This document shows, piece after piece, positions 25,348-33,814 of a stretch of DNA of 56,590 nt (positions are counted from its first letter, which is position 1; every line of letters starts with the position of its first letter). Source of the stretch: Cyclobacteriaceae bacterium (GTDB lineage Bacteria; Bacteroidota; Bacteroidia; Cytophagales; Cyclobacteriaceae); the NCBI GenBank assembly GCA_043779775.1, contig JAYWDP010000395.1, positions 1-56,590 of the forward strand, read 5' to 3'. The position numbers were made by a program, and so were the translations under genes. The notes beneath the pieces are model-generated. The model saw only the letters and a program-made list of their open reading frames with translations, was not told where the DNA came from and did not search any database.

Positions 25348-25469
25348 AAGAATTTAACGGGTTGTTTGTTATTTATATGTAATATTTGAAGGCTGCGAAT
25401 ATGAAATTTTTAAATGAAAGCGCCAAAGGGAATGACTGAATCCGCTATTTTCAGCATTGCCATAAAAAG

Positions 25470-25477
25470 TAGCTTTG
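25470..25477 (+). promoter_or_regulatory. Bacteroidota -7 box (TAGCTTTG)
   Basis: Exact TAnnTTTG match upstream of ATG 25527. Confidence 0.45.
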
Positions 25478-25526
25478 GCAAAGGATCGCTAATCCTTCTA
25501 TTTTTGAACCTATCCATTACAGCAAC

Positions 25527-26471
25527 ATGAGAACATTGGTTTGTTTTGCACTTTTTATTTTTGGCCTGTTGCCATCTTTTGGCCAGAAGAAACAAGTTTG
25601 TTTTTCAGTTGATGATTTGCCCATTGTGACTTATGGGATTACGGATACCGTTTTTCAAAAGGATTTAATGAACAGACTCATATTCTCTCTAACAGCAAAT
25701 AAAATTCCAGCCATTGGTTTTGTGAACGAGATCAAATTATATAATAACAATATTACCATCCCATTTCAAGTTCAATTACTTCAACATTGGGTGGATAATG
25801 ATCTGGAACTGGGCAACCATACATTCTCTCATCCTGACTATAATTCTATTTCATTGAAGAAATATTCTGAGGATATTTTAAAAGGCGAATTAGTAACCAA
25901 AGAATTACTCAAGCGAAAAAGTATTAAACTCAAATATTTCAGACATCCGTTTTTACATGTGGGCAATTCAAAGGAAAAAAGCGATTCGTTGAGTCTCTTT
26001 CTCTTAAACCATGGGTACATTGTAGCGCCAGTTACCATTGACAATGAAGATTATTTATTCGCATTGGCTTACAAAAGAGCGAATGATAAAAAAGATATTA
26101 ATCTAATGAAGCAGATCGGTTCGGATTATGTTGTCTATATGGAGCAGAAGTTGAAATATTTTGAGCAGCAGGCTTATAAACTTTTCGGAAGAAATATAAA
26201 CCAAATTTTACTCCTTCACGCCAGTTTGCTTAATTCGGACTACATAGATTCTCTTGCGAAGATGTTCCACAAAAATAATTATGCCTTTATTTCCATTGAT
26301 AAAGCACTGGAAGATGATGCTTATAAGACCCAGGTAACCGCCTATGGGAATTGGGGGATTTCCTGGATTGACCGATGGGTTCTTTCACAAGGTAAAAAGG
26401 GTGACTTCTTTAAAGGTGAGCCTGCTACTCCGGATTATATTAAGAAATTGTCAGTTGTAAGACCTGAATAA
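25527..26471 (+). CDS. Polysaccharide deacetylase (NodB/CE4 family), secreted
   Basis: SVDDLP, LGNHTFSHP, YFRHPF and ILLLH. Confidence 0.9.
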   Translation: MRTLVCFALFIFGLLPSFGQKKQVCFSVDDLPIVTYGITDTVFQKDLMNRLIFSLTANKIPAIGFVNEIKLYNNNITIPFQVQLLQHWVDNDLELGNHTFSHPDYNSISLKKYSEDILKGELVTKELLKRKSIKLKYFRHPFLHVGNSKEKSDSLSLFLLNHGYIVAPVTIDNEDYLFALAYKRANDKKDINLMKQIGSDYVVYMEQKLKYFEQQAYKLFGRNINQILLLHASLLNSDYIDSLAKMFHKNNYAFISIDKALEDDAYKTQVTAYGNWGISWIDRWVLSQGKKGDFFKGEPATPDYIKKLSVVRPE

Positions 26472-26505
26472 TGTTGAATAAGTGATTCCTCAGAAAACCA
26501 CAAAT

Positions 26506-27257
26506 ATGAAATGGAACCCCACCCTCTATGATATATCTCATGATTTTGTATCAAAATACGGAGAAGGAATTCTATCATATTTAAATCCAAAGCCAACGGA
26601 GACCATTCTCGACTTAGGATGTGGAACCGGCGATTTAACCAAAGAGATTTTCCTTTCAGGTGCCAAAGTAATAGGGGTTGACAGTTCAGCAGAGATGATT
26701 GAAAGTGCAAAATCCAAATTTCCTGAAGTAGAATTTCACCAAATGGACGCAAAGGAACTTATATTTGATATCCAATTTGATGCAATTTTCTCCAATGCAG
26801 TGCTCCATTGGATACCTGAAAAGGAAAAGGTGATAGAGAAAATGAATTTGCTTCTCAAAAATAATGGAAGAATAGTACTTGAATTTGGAGGGAAAGGGAA
26901 TAATCAACAAATGTTAAAAGCGTTAAAAGAAGTTTTACAGAACGAGGTTATCATAACAATGCAAAAATTGATTTCTGGTATTACCCCTCCATTGGTGAAT
27001 ATTCTACCGAACTGGAAAAAGCAAATTTCAGGGTAATACGCGCTGAGCACTTGGACAGATTCACACCATTAAAAAGTAATCAAGGTATTAAAGACTGGTT
27101 TTTAATGTTTGGTGCCAATTTCTTTACCGGACTTTCGGAAGTAATAAAAGAAGATATTTTAAATGAAGTTCAGAACAGGCTAAAAGAGACCCATTGGGTA
27201 GATGGAGTCTGGTATGCTGATTATAAACGAATAAGAATTGTCGCCGTGAAACAATAA
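26506..27257 (+). pseudogene. Class I SAM-dependent methyltransferase (Tam-like), frameshifted
   Basis: ILDLGCGTG and FDAIFSNAVLHWI. Homology continues in another frame from about 26941 (RGYHNNAKIDFWYYPSIGEY...WYADYKRIRIVAVKQ*). Confidence 0.85.
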
Positions 27258-27269
27258 AAGGATTGAATT

Positions 27270-27518
27270 TTGTCATTTCGGAATATCATTAAACGCGAGC
27301 TGGAGGTTGCATTTTCAAAACATGCTCAACCTGTTTGGTTCAGGGTTGTAAAGTACGTTGTATTGGGCTGTTTGATCTACGTCTTTTGGGGAAGATCTAT
27401 TCTATGGATCATTCTACTAATCCTCTTTGGTTTTTCACTGTCATTACATTTCTGGTACCGGCATAAAACTCATCAATGGACAAAAAGCTATGGCTTATGG
27501 AAGTATGATAAAGATTAA
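27270..27518 (+). CDS. Small hypothetical membrane protein
   Basis: 82 aa with two hydrophobic segments; TTG start 12 nt after the preceding stop. Confidence 0.65.
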   Translation: MSFRNIIKRELEVAFSKHAQPVWFRVVKYVVLGCLIYVFWGRSILWIILLILFGFSLSLHFWYRHKTHQWTKSYGLWKYDKD

Positions 27519-27603
27519 CAGAACAGATATGCGCTTTACCACAGAGGGATACACACAGAGTATTAGATAACAAAAGAACCACCAAGCACACAGGTCAACC
27601 CCT

Positions 27604-28325
27604 ATGAACCCGGAAAATTCCCAGAACAAGTTTATCCTCCTGCGAACCATCGCCCTAATCTTCGTGGTGACCGGGGCTGTGGGATCAATATGTTTAATGC
27701 TCTCCGCTACTCATCCGCCATTTCTATTGCTCGTACTCTTCACAGCTTGGGTTCTTTCTCCATTTGTGGCCCTGTTGGCAGCCACCCGGATCGGGAGGCG
27801 TTGATCAGAATTCACCATTTTTAAGGAACAAAAAATATAAACCCTGATAACGGGAGATATAAAATCGAATGGAAGCTCGTTTAGGCATTGGCGTAAAGGC
27901 ATTAGCCAACCCGGTCAGAATTCTGGAGACGGGTGCATTGTGAAATATTAAATGGTGGAACTGCTTAACAGTTACCCCGCAGAGAATAATTCGTAAAAGC
28001 ATGTATATGCACCTCATTCGATTTACTTATTGTAGCCTGAAAAGTTTTTGGGTAAGGGATTTTACGAGCTTTTCTAAAAAAATTACATGCAATCACGGTA
28101 AAGCGTTATAGAGAATCTACCCGCATGACACTTTACTTTCTGATGCTGGTGATCCCTGCTGCTTCGATAATTGGATATAGTGGCATGTGGAGTCCGCCCG
28201 GGACGAAGCCTGCTTTTGTATTCCTAATGGTCCCCCTGATGTCGTGGGTGTTGATGGCAATCGTCATGACTATCGCGTGGTCCCGTTCGCGAAGAAATGA
28301 CAAAGGACACGAATCAAAGTCCTGA
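27604..28325 (+). pseudogene. Four-TM membrane protein gene split by a ~300-bp insertion plus an in-frame stop
   Basis: The halves 27604-27804 and 28125-28325 rejoin in frame if 27812-28116 is removed. AGAAT is duplicated at 27807-27811 and 28112-28116. Confidence 0.6.
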
Positions 28326-28406
28326 CTATTAAATAATTTGTCGCCCGGTTCAAATAACGTATCGAGCGTTCTTCTCTTACCACCTTGAAACCTTCTATAT
28401 TTAATC

Positions 28407-30038
28407 ATGAATCACCTGAGTTCAGCCGACTGTATCGTCTTCCTGATTTACCTGGTATTCATCTGCGCGTATGGGTATTACATCTTCCAAAGGAGGCGTG
28501 CAAAACAAATCAGTTCAAAAGATTTCTTTTTGGCTGAAGGGTCACTGACCTGGTGGGCCATTGGTGCCTCCCTGATTGCCTCCAATATTTCAGCAGAGCA
28601 TTTTATCGGCATGTCGGGCTCAGGCTTCGCGCTGGGGCTGGCAATTTCCACCTATGAATGGATGGCCGCCGCTACATTGATCATTGTAGCGGTTTTTTTT
28701 GTCCCAATTTATTTAAAAAATAAAATATACACGATGCCGCAGTTCCTTTCGATGCGGTATAATACCACCGTGAGCACTGTCATGGCCATTTTCTGGCTGC
28801 TCGTTTATGTGTTTGTCAATCTTACCTCCATCATCTATTTGGGTGCGCTCGCAATTTCCTCCATTTCCGGAATTTCATTTGAAGTATGCATCGCCGGGCT
28901 GGCGGTGTTCTCCATCGTAGTGACGCTGGGTGGAATGAAAGTGATCGGCTATACCGATGTTTTTCAGGTATTGGTGCTGATTCTGGGGGGCCTCATGACA
29001 ACCTATCTGTCGCTCACCATGGTATCCGAGCATTTTGGTTTTGGGTCGGACATTATAAAAGGTTTCGAACTGATCCGGGTAAAAGCGCCAACACACTTCC
29101 ACATGATTTTCGATCGGACCCATCCATATTACAAGGACCTGCCCGGACTGTCGGTTTTACTCGGCGGCATGTGGATCAACAACCTGAATTACTGGGGATG
29201 CAATCAATATATTATCCAACGTGCTTTGGGGGCCGATCTGAAGACAGCGAGGAATGGAATTTTGTTTGCCGCTTTTCTCAAATTATTGATCCCGGTGATT
29301 GCCGTCATCCCAGGAATCGCTGCCTTCGTGTTGTACCAGAACGGCATGTTCCAAACGGAAATGGTGGATGTAGTCGGCGCTGTCAAGCCCGATCATGCCT
29401 ACCCTACTTTGCTGAACCTTTTGCCATCGGGTGTGAAGGGCTTAGCCTTCGCTGCCCTTACCGCCGCGATCGTTGCCTCGCTGGCAGGAAAAGCAAACAG
29501 CATCGCGACAATTTTTTCACTGGATATCTATAAGAAATTTCTCCGCAAAGAATCTTCTGAAAGAGAACTGGTAAACACAGGACGATGGACGGTCATGATT
29601 TCCATGGCGTTGGCCTGTTTGGTCGCGCCCGCTTTGAGAACCCTGGATCAGGCTTACCAGTTTATCCAGGAATACGTTGGATTTGTCTCCCCCGGAATCC
29701 TGGCTATTTTTATGCTTGGATTTTTCTGGAAGCGAACCACCTCCACGGCCGCACTCACCGCAGCACTGCTTACCATTCCCCTCTCTGCCATTCTCAAATT
29801 CCTTCCGCAGTGGACGCACGGCATTTTTCCCGATTACCCTTTCCTTGATAGAATGACGATTGTTTTTGTCGCGTTGGCGGCATTGATGATTGCCATCAGC
29901 TTGTTGGCGAAAAAACAGAAAGAGCCAAAAGATGTAATCGCACTCGACACGTCCTTATTCAGGACTTCGCCCGCCTTCGTGACCTGGTCGGTTCTAATTC
30001 TGGGTATCCTGGTGGCCCTTTATTCCGTTTTTTGGTAA
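28407..30038 (+). CDS. Sodium:solute symporter (SSS/SLC5), probable myo-inositol or sugar transporter
   Basis: DFFLA, ASNISAEHFIG, YTMPQFL, YTDVFQ and YWGCNQYIIQRAL; about 14 TM segments. Confidence 0.93.
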   Translation: MNHLSSADCIVFLIYLVFICAYGYYIFQRRRAKQISSKDFFLAEGSLTWWAIGASLIASNISAEHFIGMSGSGFALGLAISTYEWMAAATLIIVAVFFVPIYLKNKIYTMPQFLSMRYNTTVSTVMAIFWLLVYVFVNLTSIIYLGALAISSISGISFEVCIAGLAVFSIVVTLGGMKVIGYTDVFQVLVLILGGLMTTYLSLTMVSEHFGFGSDIIKGFELIRVKAPTHFHMIFDRTHPYYKDLPGLSVLLGGMWINNLNYWGCNQYIIQRALGADLKTARNGILFAAFLKLLIPVIAVIPGIAAFVLYQNGMFQTEMVDVVGAVKPDHAYPTLLNLLPSGVKGLAFAALTAAIVASLAGKANSIATIFSLDIYKKFLRKESSERELVNTGRWTVMISMALACLVAPALRTLDQAYQFIQEYVGFVSPGILAIFMLGFFWKRTTSTAALTAALLTIPLSAILKFLPQWTHGIFPDYPFLDRMTIVFVALAALMIAISLLAKKQKEPKDVIALDTSLFRTSPAFVTWSVLILGILVALYSVFW

Positions 30039-30051
30039 GCCCGAACGTTAC

Positions 30052-30059
30052 TAATTTTG
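30052..30059 (+). promoter_or_regulatory. Bacteroidota -7 box (TAATTTTG)
   Basis: Exact match upstream of the MIOX ATG at 30093. Confidence 0.4.
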
Positions 30060-30092
30060 TGTAGTTCCGTAAATTGACATAAAAATCCGGTT

Positions 30093-30974
30093 ATGCGCGA
30101 CCATTCCACATTTTCCAAAGAAGAAATCAGCCCGCTCAAAAATATGGACGAGTGGGAAGAAAATATTCTTGAGAGGTACCCCACACCGAACGAGCCTGCC
30201 AAGGCCAAAGATGATTTCCGAAATTATGATACACCCGCGCGTGATACGGTAAAGAATTTTTACCGGCTCAACCATACCTACCAGACCTACGATTTTGTAG
30301 TTGAAAAGAAAAAGGAATTTCTCAAGTTTAACCGCAAAGCGTTACCAGTATGGGGGGCCATGGAATTCTTAAATACCCTGGTCGATGACTCGGACCCCGA
30401 TACCGCGCTGGACCAATTGCAGCATTTACTGCAAACGGCTGAAGCGATCCGTGCCGACGGACACCCTGACTGGTTTGTGCTGACGGGTTTTATCCATGAT
30501 ATGGGAAAAGTACTGTGCCTCTTTGGTGAGCCTCAGTGGGCTGTGGTTGGAGACACTTTCCCGGTAGGAGTTCCATACTCCGACAAAATCGTTTATCCTG
30601 AATTTTTTGAGTCAAACCCGGACAATAAAAATCCGAAGTACCTATCGAAGTACGGCATCTATTCTAAGAACTGCGGACTGAAAAATGTGCAAATGTCTTG
30701 GGGCCATGATGAATATTTGTACCATATCACGAAAGACTACCTGCCCGAACCTGCCTTGTACATGATCCGGTATCATTCCTTCTATGCCCAGCACCGGGAG
30801 GGGGCCTATGATCATTTGTTGAATGATCACGACCAAACGATGTTTGAATGGGTGAAGAAGTTCAATCCTTACGATTTGTATTCCAAGAATCCTGTTCCGC
30901 CTGATGTGAAGAAGCTTAGACCGTATTATGAGGATTTGATTGCCAAGTATCTGCCGGCCACAGTAAGACTTTAA
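30093..30974 (+). CDS. miox: myo-Inositol oxygenase (MIOX, HD-fold diiron enzyme)
   Basis: VDDSDPD, HLLQTAE, IHDMGK, QWAVVGDTFPVG, SWGHDEYLY, RYHSFY and FNPYDLYSK; all expected diiron ligands are present. Confidence 0.95.
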   Translation: MRDHSTFSKEEISPLKNMDEWEENILERYPTPNEPAKAKDDFRNYDTPARDTVKNFYRLNHTYQTYDFVVEKKKEFLKFNRKALPVWGAMEFLNTLVDDSDPDTALDQLQHLLQTAEAIRADGHPDWFVLTGFIHDMGKVLCLFGEPQWAVVGDTFPVGVPYSDKIVYPEFFESNPDNKNPKYLSKYGIYSKNCGLKNVQMSWGHDEYLYHITKDYLPEPALYMIRYHSFYAQHREGAYDHLLNDHDQTMFEWVKKFNPYDLYSKNPVPPDVKKLRPYYEDLIAKYLPATVRL

Positions 30975-31122
30975 GACAATTGTTATTTTACACAGCAGAG
31001 GAGCATCGGAGTTGGTTTGCGACCTTTGCGATTTCCTTAGCGCCTTTCTAATATATAACTCATGTCTCAAACTGCGTAAATGGCTTAAATATTGACTAAT
31101 CATACCGTATACTACTATCCTT

Positions 31123-31265
31123 GTTACTTTTCTTTTGCTTGCCCAAAAGAAAAGTAACCAAAAGAAAAAGGCTCCACGAACGCTGCGCACCTCCGCGCGC
31201 TAACCGCCTTGCCTACCCACGTGCCTCGGTTTGCGCCGCGCCGTTCGTGGACGCCCACGCGCAGC
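31123..31265. repeat. Structured intergenic element A (perfect 15-bp hairpin plus GC-rich stem); MITE-like or ncRNA
   Basis: gttacttttcttttg (31123-37) pairs with caaaagaaaagtaac (31144-58); tccacgaacg (31173-82) pairs with cgttcgtgga (31242-51). Confidence 0.6.
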
Positions 31266-31380
31266 AGTTCCCATCTTGTGAGATTATTTAAACTTTGGGA
31301 CTTATGCGCCTTAGCTTATGCCCTCATTCAAATCCATTCAGCTTCAGATAACTTTTTGTCATTAGTTCGATAAAATTTCC

Positions 31381-31490
31381 AGCATTCACGAGGAGGGCCT
31401 AATTTTCCCGCAGCCCTAGCAAGGGTTTGCGGGTGTGAGGAGAAAATTCAGCCCGACTGCGAATGCGCGGCCACCCGGCCGTGGAGGTCA
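31381..31490. other. Structured intergenic element B (nested stems); ncRNA or repeat candidate
   Basis: Nested pairings gcattc/gaatgc, gggcctaattttc/gaaaattcagccc and cccgcagccct/agggtttgcggg. Confidence 0.5.
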
Positions 31491-31586
31491 ATAAATACCC
31501 TCTCATAGCTATTGGTATGAAAATTAGGGTAGACTGCATCAGTGGATAGAGCTTGGAGTTATTTTGCAATTAACATAATGCATTTA

Positions 31587-32027
31587 TTAAGATACTTTGC
31601 GTGAACCTTTCCGTTTCGCAAAACTTTCATCGATTAATTCTGCTTCAAATAACCATGAGCGAATTTGCTGGTCATCGATTTCTTTTAACGATCTATAGTA
31701 CACACAATACATCTGCTTCCTGTTTTCCGCCAGTAATGTTCTATCCTCATTTGCCATTAAGTTTCCCTGGCAAAATCCTAAAGTTACCCCTCGCTCCTTA
31801 AGGGTATATTTTTTATCACCCCAGTTAATCGACGGCGGCCAGATAAAGCAGATCATGCGGTGGTGGGTGTAGAATGGAGCTCCGTACGTATTCTTTTCTT
31901 TCGCTTTGGGAAGACACTCCAATACCAGGGAACGCAGTCTTTTAACAATAACCTGCTCGTTCTTTGGAAGGGCATCCACTATATCGTCAACTGTCCGTGT
32001 AAACCAGCTTTTTGGTTTTTTATTCAT
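31587..32027 (-). CDS. DUF1801 (YdhG-like) domain protein
   Basis: RLRSLVLECLP, YGAPFY, ICFIWP and TLGFCQG. Confidence 0.8.
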   Translation of the reverse strand: MNKKPKSWFTRTVDDIVDALPKNEQVIVKRLRSLVLECLPKAKEKNTYGAPFYTHHRMICFIWPPSINWGDKKYTLKERGVTLGFCQGNLMANEDRTLLAENRKQMYCVYYRSLKEIDDQQIRSWLFEAELIDESFAKRKGSRKVS

Positions 32028-32052
32028 TCTGTCACAACCTAATCTTATGATA

Positions 32053-32068
32053 TGACAACCTTATGTCA
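32053..32068. promoter_or_regulatory. Palindromic operator candidate TGACA-N6-TGTCA
   Basis: tgacaaccttatgtca lies between the divergent DUF1801 and coaX genes. Confidence 0.5.
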
Positions 32069-32097
32069 GCAATGTCCGAATTTAATTATCTTTCCGT

Positions 32098-32874
32098 ATG
32101 CTCCTTGCCTTTGATATCGGAAACAGTGACATCACCGTGGGTCTTTGGCACAACAACTCCTGGGAGCATCAATGGCGCATCCCTGCACGCATTGATCAGC
32201 CCGAGCTCTTTTACGGCATAAAAATCCGCGATAACTTTCTGGAGGCTGGGTTACACATTGAAAAGGTTGAAACCATCGTGATCAGCAGCGTTGTGCCTGG
32301 CCTGACCAACAAGATAAAGAATGTAATACGCTCTCTCGCCAAACGGGAGCCGGTGATTCTGGGCCCGGGGGTTTATGAAACGTTGCCCATCGAAGTCTTA
32401 AATCCATATGAAATAGGTTCGGATTTGGTTGCGAATGCCGTAGCCGCATATTTTAGATTCAAACAAACCTGTATTGTCGTTGATTTTGGTACGGCCCTTA
32501 CCTTTACCACAGTGTCTGGAGAAGGTAAGATTTTAGGCGTATCCATTGTCCCTGGATTACGCACCGCCGTTAGGGCACTTTCACAAAACACTGCTAAACT
32601 TTTCGATGTACCGCTGGAAATGCCAACGTCGGCACTGGGTCAGAATACAGTTACTGCCATTCAATCGGGAATTGTAATTGGATATGACGGCCTGGTAAAA
32701 AGTGTAGTCGAAGCCATCCGGAAAGAATTAAAAACAGACTGTCCGGTGATTGCCACCGGAGGACTTTCCTTCGTAATTACTTCACTGAAAGGATTCTTTC
32801 AAATGGTAGACCCTATGCTCACACTCGATGGTTTGAGAATTATTGGAGAACTGGTAAGCGAAAAGAAAAATTAA
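32098..32874 (+). CDS. coaX: Type III pantothenate kinase
   Basis: AFDIGNS, ISSVVP, IGSD, VVDFGTALT, NTVTAIQSG and IATGG. Confidence 0.95.
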   Translation: MLLAFDIGNSDITVGLWHNNSWEHQWRIPARIDQPELFYGIKIRDNFLEAGLHIEKVETIVISSVVPGLTNKIKNVIRSLAKREPVILGPGVYETLPIEVLNPYEIGSDLVANAVAAYFRFKQTCIVVDFGTALTFTTVSGEGKILGVSIVPGLRTAVRALSQNTAKLFDVPLEMPTSALGQNTVTAIQSGIVIGYDGLVKSVVEAIRKELKTDCPVIATGGLSFVITSLKGFFQMVDPMLTLDGLRIIGELVSEKKN

Positions 32875-32994
32875 TGCAACCGGAATTGATCATGAAGGCC
32901 AAGGGTTATTTGGCCAAAATCACGAATCAGGACATATGCTGGTAGCATTGGTTACTCTGCGTTATCACAAAATACAAGTTGATGATATCCGTTA

Positions 32995-33002
32995 TACCTT
33001 TG
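32995..33002 (+). promoter_or_regulatory. Bacteroidota -7 box (TACCTTTG)
   Basis: Exact match 26 nt upstream of ATG 33029. Confidence 0.5.
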
Positions 33003-33028
33003 TTGATTAGAATTAACTATTCGGGATC

Positions 33029-33571
33029 ATGAAAACAGTGGGTTTAATTCTATGCTGGTGTATATTGCTAGCATCTTGCAAGGAAGTTTCCTTCCGCGAG
33101 CCCCAACCTGCTGGTGTCACTTCTTTGAAAGAAATACCTAAGTCGTTACAAGGCCGTTACCGCGGTATGGATAACCAGGACAACGACACCGACACACTTT
33201 TTATCGAATCGTGGGGTTATCATTTCAAAGATGGGAAGAACAACGACTGGTTGGGACGTGGCACCCTAAGTGATTCCCTGGTAGTGAAATATTATGAAAA
33301 TTATTACTTCGTTAATTTCAGATCAGGCAATCAATGGGTATTGCGATTGATAAAGCCAAAGGCCGCCGGTTCTCTTGATTTCATGTCTATTAACATTGGA
33401 GACAATTCCAGGGGAAAATCTGTATTGAAAAAACTTTCAAAGCGTTTTCAAGTACGGGAAATTAAAGGCAAGGAAGACACTTTTTATGAGATCACGCCTA
33501 CCAAAGAACAATTGATGCTGTTGATCAAAGACGGTTTTTTTACCGGAAACAAATTGGAGAAAATCCATTAA
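33029..33571 (+). CDS. Hypothetical lipoprotein
   Basis: Lipobox LLASC; 180 aa. Confidence 0.8.
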   Translation: MKTVGLILCWCILLASCKEVSFREPQPAGVTSLKEIPKSLQGRYRGMDNQDNDTDTLFIESWGYHFKDGKNNDWLGRGTLSDSLVVKYYENYYFVNFRSGNQWVLRLIKPKAAGSLDFMSINIGDNSRGKSVLKKLSKRFQVREIKGKEDTFYEITPTKEQLMLLIKDGFFTGNKLEKIH

Positions 33572-33576
33572 TACAG

Positions 33577-33650
33577 GTCACACCTGTGTGGTCGAAGCAC
33601 TTCGGTGCGCAGGCACAACGGGCACAAAAAGGGCACACGAAGATCACGAC
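33577..33650. repeat. REP-like arm with a CCTG...CGAAGCACTTCGG...CAGG insert
   Basis: cctgtgtggtcgaagcacttcggtgcgcagg (33583-33613) followed by cacaacgggcacaaaaagggcacac. Confidence 0.5.
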
Positions 33651-33814
33651 TTTAAATATTCAAATGGGTGTTGCCCGTCGACTCCCCTTTCAATGACAGT
33701 TTTCTGAGATCCGTGTAATCCATGGCAAAAATTGTATTTTCAGTAGATAATCCTGTTATGGTTAGTGGTCTATTCAGCCACCAATTTTTTTCTGCTTAAT
33801 CCATATTAAATAGC

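Noticed and set aside
27802-27804. TGA read as Trp (alternative genetic code)
   Set aside because: TGA terminates clearly intact genes here (e.g. 4733, 21371, serC), and Trp is encoded by TGG throughout.
28357-28372. LacI-type operator upstream of the symporter
   Set aside because: The palindrome (AACG...CGTT) is weak and no regulator gene is nearby.
30642-31190. 182-aa minus-strand ORF
   Set aside because: It is antisense to MIOX and begins inside a palindromic repeat; a shadow ORF.
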